Shown in pieces: positions 32,566 to 40,434 of a stretch of DNA of 64,000 nt (the first letter of the stretch is position 1; every line of letters starts with the position of its first letter). A program made the translations under genes and the position numbers. The DNA is from an uncultured Oscillospiraceae bacterium. GTDB lineage: Bacteria > Bacillota > Clostridia > Oscillospirales > Oscillospiraceae. The notes beneath the pieces were generated by a model. It saw only the letters and a program-made list of their open reading frames with translations, was not told the origin of the DNA and made no database searches. The stretch lies in NCBI GenBank assembly GCA_947630645.1, contig CANRIF010000003.1, positions 2,427 to 66,426 on the forward strand, given 5' to 3'.

Positions 32566-34880
32566 TGCCGCTCCTCCACCCGGATGGCCAGGGCGGTCAT
32601 GTCGTCGGCGTTGCCGAACCGCCCCACCGCCGCCCGCAGGGCCGTCTTGGCCAGCAGCTTCGTCTCCACGCCGTCGCTGGAAGCCAGGATGTCCCGCAGC
32701 CACTGGTCGTTCTTCTCCGCCAGCACCCCGTCGGATGCGATCAGCGCCACGTTCCCCGGCCGCAGGCGCATACGCACCATGTCCGGCGCGGACTCCTCCC
32801 CCGCCAGCAGCCCGGCGGCGAGGCTGGTCCCCTTCACCCGCCGGATGGCCCGGCCGGTCTTGATATAGCTGGGGGCGGCGCCGTATTTGTAAAAACGGGT
32901 GTCCCCGGTGAACAGGTCGATGCAGCACAGGTCCACCGTGGCGTAGCCCCACTCGTCGCTGTTTTTCAGCATGGCGGCGCTGTTCAAAAGCCGCATGGCG
33001 CACCCCGGCTCCACCCCGGCCCGGAGCAGCTGCTCCAGGATCTCCACCGCCGTCACGCTCTCCCGGGCCGCGTCCTCCCCGGTGCCCATGCCGTCGGACA
33101 GGATCACGCACAGCGTCCCGCCGTCCGTCTTGAACCAGGTCCCCCGGTCGCCGGAGACGCTCTCTCCCTCCTTCTTCATGGACGCGATGCCCACGGACAC
33201 CGCCAGCGGCTCTGCCTGGCGCACTACCATCCGCCCCGGCTCCCCGCCGCCGATCCGGCACAGCCGCACCCCCACGGCCTGGCTCAGCCGGTCCAGATAG
33301 TCCGGCTCCTGGCCCAGCTGCTCGATGCCCGCGCCCTCCAGCACCCCGTGCAGCCGGCCCCGCTCGTCCCGGAACACGGAGCAGACGCCGTCCAGCTGCC
33401 GGGCCTTCAAGAACCGGATCAGCTGCCGCTCCGCCGTCAGGTCCGGCCCCGCCGTGCCGCTCATCTGGCCCGCGGCGTCCGTCATGACCTGGGCCATGTC
33501 CATGAACTGCCCGTAAGCCGCCGCCCGGCTCTCCTTGAGCCGCGCCCGGAACTGCCGCCGGTAGGCCAGGCCCCGCAGCTCCCCGTTCACCGCCCCGGTG
33601 AACGCCTCCGCGTTGACGCACTGGGAGCGGAAATCCGCCGGCAGGTCGCTCACCCGCAGCGTCCCCCGCAGGCCCAAGCCGTCCAGCAGCGGCGCCAGGG
33701 TCTTGGCCGTGCGCTCGCCGGACTGCTTCCAACACCTCTCCTTGCCCGCGCAGGTCCGGCACACTGTGTCCGCCGCCCGGTCGAACACCGCCCCCGCCTC
33801 TGCCCGGGCCGGATGCTCCGGCTCTGGCCGGGAGGCGCACTCATATAGCTTCCTGAACCCCTCGCCCAGATGCTCCAGCCGCTGGGCCTGGTACAGCCTG
33901 AATGCCGTCTCCCCCCGGCCACGGCCCACCCGCAGCAGCGCGCCCACCGGCGTGAGCGCGCTCTGGGGCAGCAGCATGAACACCACCGACGCGACGAAGC
34001 ACTCATACAGCGCCGGGACGTGTTCCGCCGCCGGCCACGCCAGCAGCACCGCCACCGCGTTGGCCGCGCAGAAGCTGGCCGTGAAGGACAGCCGCCCGAA
34101 CCGGCACAGCCCCCCGGCCACCAGCCCCGCCAGGGCGTAGGCCGCGCCGTAAAATAGCCCGCCTCCGCCGGCCATGTCCATGCACGTGCCCATGGCCGCG
34201 CCCGCGGCGCAGCCCGGCAGCATCCCGCCGCAGAACCCCGCCGCCATCACCGCCATCATGCACACTGTCCGCCCCACCGAGATCGTCCCCATAAGCCGTA
34301 TCCCGGCCAGGCCCATCAGCGCCGAGGCGGCCAGCACCGCCGTGCTGACGGCGCGGCGCATCTCCGCCGCCTCCGTCACCAGCTTCTCCGGCTCCAGCAC
34401 CAGCCCGAAGAAATAGGCGCACCCGCCGGACAGGACCACCTCCAAAAACACCCGCATGGACGCGGGCAGGCCGCCCACGTCTCCCCGGCCGTACAGCGCC
34501 CCGGTCAGGCCCGCGCAGGCCGCCGTCACCATGGGCATGAACCACCGCTGGCGACGCATCGGCAGCCCCTGAGTGACGAAGCCCAGGGTGAATACGAGAA
34601 AGCAGGCGGCCACATACCGTATGCCGGGGAACAGGCCCCCGGAGAGGAGATACCCCAGCGTCGTCCCCATGAGGCAGGCAAAGCCCCGCAGCCCCCAGCC
34701 CGCGGCGGCGGCCGCCGCCATGCCGAAGGGTCCCGCCGTGGAAAAGAGCCTGCCCGCGGCGGTGGCCGCCCCCAAGAGGAAGCAGCCCCCCGCCTCCAGC
34801 AGCTCCCGCAGCGCCGGCTGCCGCCGGAGCGCGGCCAGCCACGCGCCGTTTCGTCCCAACTGTTTTGCCCGAGATGCCAT
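32562..34880 (-). CDS. spoIIE: Stage II sporulation protein E (polytopic membrane N-terminus plus PP2C phosphatase, 772 aa)
   Basis: About 10 N-terminal TM segments and a C-terminal PP2C domain (SGDRGTWF, CVILSDGMGTGEDAA, IASDGV, DDMTALAIRV). Confidence 0.9.
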   Translation of the reverse strand: MASRAKQLGRNGAWLAALRRQPALRELLEAGGCFLLGAATAAGRLFSTAGPFGMAAAAAAGWGLRGFACLMGTTLGYLLSGGLFPGIRYVAACFLVFTLGFVTQGLPMRRQRWFMPMVTAACAGLTGALYGRGDVGGLPASMRVFLEVVLSGGCAYFFGLVLEPEKLVTEAAEMRRAVSTAVLAASALMGLAGIRLMGTISVGRTVCMMAVMAAGFCGGMLPGCAAGAAMGTCMDMAGGGGLFYGAAYALAGLVAGGLCRFGRLSFTASFCAANAVAVLLAWPAAEHVPALYECFVASVVFMLLPQSALTPVGALLRVGRGRGETAFRLYQAQRLEHLGEGFRKLYECASRPEPEHPARAEAGAVFDRAADTVCRTCAGKERCWKQSGERTAKTLAPLLDGLGLRGTLRVSDLPADFRSQCVNAEAFTGAVNGELRGLAYRRQFRARLKESRAAAYGQFMDMAQVMTDAAGQMSGTAGPDLTAERQLIRFLKARQLDGVCSVFRDERGRLHGVLEGAGIEQLGQEPDYLDRLSQAVGVRLCRIGGGEPGRMVVRQAEPLAVSVGIASMKKEGESVSGDRGTWFKTDGGTLCVILSDGMGTGEDAARESVTAVEILEQLLRAGVEPGCAMRLLNSAAMLKNSDEWGYATVDLCCIDLFTGDTRFYKYGAAPSYIKTGRAIRRVKGTSLAAGLLAGEESAPDMVRMRLRPGNVALIASDGVLAEKNDQWLRDILASSDGVETKLLAKTALRAAVGRFGNADDMTALAIRVEERQ

Positions 34881-34982
34881 GGTCGTTCCCCCGTGTCAAT
34901 GTGTTGACATAATCATATCACTCTCTCCCATCACATCCCGTCGTATCCTGTAACGGCAGGAAAAAATATCCAACATAGACGC

Positions 34983-35013
34983 AAAAAAGCGGCCCCCTCC
35001 GTGAGGGAGCCGC
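34983..35013 (-). terminator. Rho-independent terminator of the RND gene
   Basis: gcggccccctc / cgt / gagggagccgc (one mismatch), followed on the minus strand by TTTTTT. Confidence 0.55.
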
Positions 35014-35029
35014 CAAAGTCGATATAAGC

Positions 35030-38000
35030 TTACGCGATGCCGTCGTCGTCGAAGGTCATGTCCGCCTCGGTGATGACCTCCACCGCCTTCCGGTTCATCA
35101 TGTCGTAGATGCAGGGCACCACGAACAGGGTCATGATGGTAGCGTACAGCAGTCCGCCGATGCACACCACCGCCACCGGCTGCATCAGGCTGGTGCCCAC
35201 GTTCTGGCCTATGGCCATCACGATCAGGCCCAGGATGGTGGTGAGGCTGGTCATGAAGATGGGCCGCATACGGGTCACGCCCGCCTCGATCAGCGCCTCC
35301 CGCCGGTCCATGCCGCCGGCCCGGAGTTGATTGACATAATCCACCAGCACGATGCCGTTGTTCACGATGATGCCCACCAGCATCACGAAGCCGATGATGG
35401 ACACGATGCTCACGTCCATCCCGCAGATCAGCAGCGCCGCGAAGCCGCCGGTGAAGGCCAGGGGGATGGTGAACATGACGATGAAGGGGCTCTTGAGGCT
35501 CTGGAACTGGGCCACCATGATGAAGTACACCAGCACCACGCCGATGGCCAGCATGAGCATCAGGTCCTCCACCGCCTCCATGATCGTCTCGTTCTCCCCG
35601 GCGAACTCCACGGTCGCGTCGTCGGGCAGCCAGGTGGCGGCCACCTCGGCCTGGGCGGCGGCGGTGACGCGGGTGACGTTGTAGCCCGGCTCCAGGGACG
35701 CGGTGACGGCCATGTAGCGCCGCTGGTCGGCGCGGTGGATGGAGTTCATGCTGACGGTTGGCTCCACCTTGGCCACATCGTCCAGGCGGAAGGAGGTGGT
35801 CTCCCCGGTCATCTGGTCCGTACTCTCGAAGGTATAGGCCCGCAGCGCGTCCAGGCTCATGCCGCCGTCGTTCTGGACCACCACGTCCGCGCTGACGCTG
35901 CCCATGGTCATATCCATGGCGGTGGTGGAGTCGGTGAGGGCCGTGGCCAGGTCCATATAGATCTGGGCCACGGTGAAGCCCTTTTTCATGGCGGCGTTCC
36001 GGTCCACGGACACATGGTAGGCGGTCTGGGCGTCCTCCAGCCCGTCGTCCACCTCGGCCACGCCCTCCACATGGGACAGGGCGTTGGCCACCAGCCCGGC
36101 GGCCTGCTGCATGGTCTGCATATCCTCGCTGTATACGTTCACGGTGATGCCGCTGCCGGTGAGCAGGCTCATGTCCATCATGGCCGAGTCGTACTCCACC
36201 TCGCAGTCCAGATCGGCGCACCGCTCCGCGATCCAGGCGCCGGCCTCGGCGCCGGAGTCCCCCTCCGGCAGGCCCACATACACGGTCACGTCGTACTGTC
36301 CGCCGCTGGAAGCGCCTCCGCTCAGGCTCATTCCGCCGCCCGCCCCGGCCAGGGATGCGGAGCCCATCATGGCGCCCACATACTGGGCGTTGGGCAGTTC
36401 CGCGATCCGCTCCAGGGCCTGGTCCGCCAGGGCGACGGCCTGGTCCCTGTCGGCATCCTCGGGCATGGTGATGGTGACGTTGACCGTGTTCATGTCGATC
36501 TCCGGCATGAAGCTGAAGCCCCGGCCCAGGCACAGCCAGGCGCTGGCGCCGAGCAGCGCCACGCTGGCGGTGAGGACGACCCACTTGTGGCGCAGGTTCC
36601 ACCCGGCCAGGGCCCGGTAGCCCCGGTAGATGACGCTCTCCCGCTTCTCCCGCCCGGCGTGGCGGCCGGCGCGGTCGTGCTTGTGCCGCTTCCGGTCCCG
36701 GAGCATCCCCTTGGCCATGGCGGGTACCAGGGTCAGGGCGATGACGAGGCTGGCCATGAGGGCGAAGGTCATGGTCAGGGCCAGGTCTGTGAACAGCTGC
36801 TTTGTGATGCCCTCCACGAACACGATGGGCAGGAACACGCACACCGTTGTCAGCGTGGAGGAGGTGATGGCCCCAGCCACCTGCCGGGACCCGGCCACCG
36901 CCGCCTGCACCGCCGTGGCCCCCTTGGAGCGCAGGCGGTAGATGTTCTCGATGACCACGATGGAGTTGTCCACCAGCATACCCACCGCCACGGCCAGGCC
37001 GGACAGGGAGATCATGTTGAGGGTCACCCCGGAGAAGTACATCAGCACGAACGCGAACACCACGCTCACGGGGATGGACACCAGGGTGATGAGCGTGGGC
37101 CGCAGGTCGCGCAGGAACAGGAACAGGACGATGATGGCGAAGATCGCTCCGGTGAACAGGCTCTCCAGGATGGAGTTGACGATCAGGTAGATATAGTCGC
37201 CCTGGTCCATGAGCAGGACGAATTCCAGGCCGGGGTACTGCTGCTCCAGTTCATCGAACCGGGCCTGGAGCGCGTCGCTGACCTCGGCGGTGGCGGCGTT
37301 GGACTGCTTGTCGAAGGTGAGCATCACGCTGTCCGAGCCGTTCAGCTTGGCGTAGACGGAGTCGGCGTTGTCCGTGATGAAGATGTCCGCCACGTCCTGA
37401 AGGTAGATGGGGCCGATGCCGTCCTCCCCGGTGTCGAACAGCAGCAGCTGCTTCAACTCGTCCTCCTCCGTCAGCTCGTCGCCCACGGAGACCATGTAGC
37501 TGACGCCGTCCTCCTGGATGTACCCGGCGGGCATGGAGAAGTTCTGCGCGCCCAATATCTGGGCCACGGTACTCATGGTGATGGAGCCGGACAGGTCCGC
37601 CTGCTTCAGCGCGTCCGTCCGGGAGGTCTCCAGCTGCTCCAGGCCGGAGTCCACCTCGGACAGCGCCGATTCGATGGTGGAGGAGTTGAGGGTGATCTGC
37701 GTCGCGGCGTCGGCCAGCTGCAGCAGCCCCGCGGACTGGCTCTGGCTAAGCACGCCCATGGCCTGGCTCAACTGTATGGCGCCGCTGTCCAGCTGGGCGA
37801 GGGTGCCTTGCAGCTGGGTGATCTGACCGGCCAGTTCTCCCTGGGTGGCGGTGAGCGTGTCGATCTGTGCCTCCAGGCTCTCCTGGTCGGTGACGCCCTC
37901 GATGTTCCCGCTTTCCAGCAACAGGTCCAGCCCGTCGATGACCCCCTGGGCGGTCTCCCGCTGCAAGGAAAGCACCGTGCGGTCCGGCACCTCGTCGCCG

Positions 38001-39232
38001 AAGGGCTCCTGGGCGGCGTCCACAGCGGCCTTAGCCTCCTCGATCAGGCCCGGCAGTTGTGCGAGACGGGTGTCGTTGGCGCTCTTTTGCCCCTCCAGAT
38101 CGGCCAACTGGCCCCGCAGCTGCTCTAGCGTGGTCTTATCGTCCTCCGTCAGTTCGTCCGCTGCCTCCTTGGCCGCCAGCGGGTCGATCTTCCCCTGCAC
38201 TTCAATGATCTGAAGTTCCAGGTCCGCGTTCGCCAGCGGCAGCGCCGTCTGCTCGTCCTGAAGGGCCTGCCACTTGCTCTGGGCGGCCTCCAGGGCGTCC
38301 AGCTGGGCCAGCTGGGCGTCGGCCGCGTCCCGGCTCTCCTCGGCCTGGACATAGCTGTCGGCAATGGGCTGCAGCATTTGCAGCCCGGCGGCCACCTGGC
38401 TCTGGGCGCTTTGCAGCTGGGCGATGCCGTCTTGAATCTCCAGCTTGCCGTTGATCAGCTCCAGCTGCTTTTCCGAGAGCGTGGCCTGGGCGGAGCCGGA
38501 CTGGGTCACCAGCGTCTCCTTGCCGGAATCCAGTTCCTCCTTGGCGCTGTCCAATTCCGCCTTGGCGTCCTCCAGTTCGGTCTTGGTGTCCTCCAGTTCG
38601 GTCTTGGCGTCGTCCAGCCGGCCGTTCACCGCGTCCGCCATCCGGGCGTTCACCGCGTCGATCTTGTCCTGGCTGATGACCACGTTCACCTGCCGGTAGA
38701 TGGACCCGCTGGTGCTGACGCTGGCCACGCCGTTGACGCCCTCCAGCTTGGGGATGATAGTCTCGTCCAGAAAATCAGAAAGCTCCGTGATGTCCATATC
38801 GGACTTGGACACGGAGGCGATGGCGATGGGTATGACGGAGGGGTTGATCTTCAGCACATAGGGCGAGCCCACCGTCTCGTCCCAGCCGCCCTGCAGCGCG
38901 GAGATGCTCTGCTGGATATCCACGCCGATGGTGTCCATGTTGACGGACTGCTCGAACTCCAGCACCACCAGCGAATAGTTCTCATTGGAGGTAGAGGTCA
39001 CCTGCTGGATATGGTCCAGGGTGGACATGGACTGCTCCAGGGGGCGGGTGATCTCCTGCTCGATCACCTCCGGGCTCTGGCCGGGATAGGTGGTCATGAT
39101 GATGACATAGGGGAAGTCCATATTAGGCAGCAGGTCCGGCGTCATGCGGGTGAACGCCACTACGCCCAATATGATGACCGCAAGCACCGCCACGAAGACG
39201 GTCAACGGTTTTCTGACGCTGAACTTGGACAT
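35030..39232 (-). CDS. RND-superfamily (AcrB/SwrC-like) efflux permease with a roughly 350-aa coiled-coil insertion (1,400 aa)
   Basis: MSKFSVRKPLTVFVAVLAVIILG...LPNMDFPYVIIMTTYPGQSPE, LAVAVGMLVDNSIVVIENI and GFVMLVGIIVNNGIVLVDY are canonical RND motifs. Residues about 197-550 are heptad-like Ala/Gln/Leu/Glu-rich sequence. Confidence 0.9.
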   Translation of the reverse strand: MSKFSVRKPLTVFVAVLAVIILGVVAFTRMTPDLLPNMDFPYVIIMTTYPGQSPEVIEQEITRPLEQSMSTLDHIQQVTSTSNENYSLVVLEFEQSVNMDTIGVDIQQSISALQGGWDETVGSPYVLKINPSVIPIAIASVSKSDMDITELSDFLDETIIPKLEGVNGVASVSTSGSIYRQVNVVISQDKIDAVNARMADAVNGRLDDAKTELEDTKTELEDAKAELDSAKEELDSGKETLVTQSGSAQATLSEKQLELINGKLEIQDGIAQLQSAQSQVAAGLQMLQPIADSYVQAEESRDAADAQLAQLDALEAAQSKWQALQDEQTALPLANADLELQIIEVQGKIDPLAAKEAADELTEDDKTTLEQLRGQLADLEGQKSANDTRLAQLPGLIEEAKAAVDAAQEPFGDEVPDRTVLSLQRETAQGVIDGLDLLLESGNIEGVTDQESLEAQIDTLTATQGELAGQITQLQGTLAQLDSGAIQLSQAMGVLSQSQSAGLLQLADAATQITLNSSTIESALSEVDSGLEQLETSRTDALKQADLSGSITMSTVAQILGAQNFSMPAGYIQEDGVSYMVSVGDELTEEDELKQLLLFDTGEDGIGPIYLQDVADIFITDNADSVYAKLNGSDSVMLTFDKQSNAATAEVSDALQARFDELEQQYPGLEFVLLMDQGDYIYLIVNSILESLFTGAIFAIIVLFLFLRDLRPTLITLVSIPVSVVFAFVLMYFSGVTLNMISLSGLAVAVGMLVDNSIVVIENIYRLRSKGATAVQAAVAGSRQVAGAITSSTLTTVCVFLPIVFVEGITKQLFTDLALTMTFALMASLVIALTLVPAMAKGMLRDRKRHKHDRAGRHAGREKRESVIYRGYRALAGWNLRHKWVVLTASVALLGASAWLCLGRGFSFMPEIDMNTVNVTITMPEDADRDQAVALADQALERIAELPNAQYVGAMMGSASLAGAGGGMSLSGGASSGGQYDVTVYVGLPEGDSGAEAGAWIAERCADLDCEVEYDSAMMDMSLLTGSGITVNVYSEDMQTMQQAAGLVANALSHVEGVAEVDDGLEDAQTAYHVSVDRNAAMKKGFTVAQIYMDLATALTDSTTAMDMTMGSVSADVVVQNDGGMSLDALRAYTFESTDQMTGETTSFRLDDVAKVEPTVSMNSIHRADQRRYMAVTASLEPGYNVTRVTAAAQAEVAATWLPDDATVEFAGENETIMEAVEDLMLMLAIGVVLVYFIMVAQFQSLKSPFIVMFTIPLAFTGGFAALLICGMDVSIVSIIGFVMLVGIIVNNGIVLVDYVNQLRAGGMDRREALIEAGVTRMRPIFMTSLTTILGLIVMAIGQNVGTSLMQPVAVVCIGGLLYATIMTLFVVPCIYDMMNRKAVEVITEADMTFDDDGIA

Positions 39233-39380
39233 AGGGTCTACCTCACACGCTGCACGGACCTGCGAAGCTCCAAATAGTTGATTGCATCATACCATATACC
39301 GCGGTCCGGGGGCAACAGCCGCCGCCGAAGTTTCACAAAATGTTCAAACATTTGCCACCTTCTGCCGCGCCGCGGGCATC

Positions 39381-39409
39381 TTTACATATGGGGCACGATA
39401 TGGTAAAAT
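39381..39409 (+). promoter_or_regulatory. Candidate sigma-A promoter (TTTACA-17-TAAAAT) for the DUF308-like gene
   Basis: -35 at 39381-39386 and -10 at 39404-39409. Confidence 0.4.
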
Positions 39410-39490
39410 ACTTTCAGCGAAATCACCGCACGATATCACAAAAGAAAAGACCGCCTGTGCCGGACGGCGCGGGCGGAAAGGACGGTCCTT

Positions 39491-40228
39491 ATGGCAAAAA
39501 AACAGACAGTTCCGGACGCCGCCTCCCCGGTCAAGCGCAGCGGCATCTCCGGCGACCCGGTCCGCAACCAGGTCGTCCTGGCGGCGGTGTGCCTGGGGCT
39601 GGGCGTCGCGTTCCTGGTGCAGCCCGAGTTCATCCGCGACTACTGCGGCTTTGTGATCGGCGGGCTGCTGTGCGCCATCGGCCTGGTGTACGCCGTCATC
39701 TACTTTGTGCGAAAGACGGTGGACGGCGTGTACCGCACGGAACTTTGCTCCGGGCTGGTGCTGCTGGCGGCGGGCGCCTATGTGATCATGGCCAGCTTCC
39801 GGCCCGACGCCGCCGGCATCAGCATCACCCTGCGCCTGATCGTGACCGCCATGGGCGTGCTGATCGCGGTGGACGGCGCGCTGAAGCTCCAATACACCGT
39901 GGACCTGGCGCGGATGCGCTTTGGCGCCTGGTGGGTCGGCCTGCTTTTGAGCGTGCTGGGCATGGCTCTGGGCGGGATGATCATGCTGGGGCTGGTGGAC
40001 GGCATGGGCGTGCATCTAGGCCTGATGGGCGGCGGTTTTTCCGGCGCCATGCTCTCCCTGGGGACGGGCTTCATCCTCAACGCTCTGCTGGACACCGGCG
40101 AGGCCATCCTGGTGGGCGTTCGCAACCGCCTGGCGTCGAAGGCGGCGGCCCAGACGCCGCCCCCGCCCGCGCCCGATCCGGCCGGCGCTCCCCCGCCTCC
40201 CCCGGACCCCGCCGCTCCCAAATACTGA
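39491..40228 (+). CDS. HdeD/DUF308-like small-loop membrane protein with a Pro-rich C-terminal tail (245 aa)
   Basis: Six closely spaced Gly-rich TM segments. The tail is AAAQTPPPPAPDPAGAPPPPPDPAAPKY. The family assignment is by general pattern only. Confidence 0.55.
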   Translation: MAKKQTVPDAASPVKRSGISGDPVRNQVVLAAVCLGLGVAFLVQPEFIRDYCGFVIGGLLCAIGLVYAVIYFVRKTVDGVYRTELCSGLVLLAAGAYVIMASFRPDAAGISITLRLIVTAMGVLIAVDGALKLQYTVDLARMRFGAWWVGLLLSVLGMALGGMIMLGLVDGMGVHLGLMGGGFSGAMLSLGTGFILNALLDTGEAILVGVRNRLASKAAAQTPPPPAPDPAGAPPPPPDPAAPKY

Positions 40229-40270
40229 AAAACGGGCCTGCCGCGTTCGCGGCAGGCCCTGCTTTTGTTT
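40227..40270 (+). terminator. Rho-independent terminator
   Basis: gggcctgccgcg / tt / cgcggcaggccc followed by tgcttttgttt. Confidence 0.6.
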
Positions 40271-40298
40271 GCCAGAGAGGCTTTGGAAACTTGACATA

Positions 40299-40427
40299 TC
40301 TCTCCCTCCGTCGCGGCTTGCGCCGCGCCACCTCCCTCGTCAGAGGGAGGCGGATTGACTACCAGTATTATTAGGCCCCCTCTGACGAGGGGGCTGTCAG
40401 CGCCTTTGGCGCTGACTGGGGGAGAGA
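40299..40427. repeat. REP/MITE-like 129-bp element of nested hairpins bounded by an 8-bp inverted repeat
   Basis: The ends are TCTCTCCC (40299-40306) and GGGAGAGA (40420-40427). Inner hairpins are cctccctc-gtca-gagggagg (40331-40350), ccccctc-tgac-gaggggg (40376-40393) and gtcagcgcc-ttt-ggcgctgac (40396-40416). Confidence 0.6.
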
Positions 40428-40434
40428 TGATCCT

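Noticed and set aside
32173-33840. A 555-aa minus-strand ORF overlapping spoIIE out of frame.
   Set aside because: It is Gly/Arg/Pro-rich nonsense for about 425 codons. Only the portion downstream of the spoIIE stop is retained, as a tentative small CDS.
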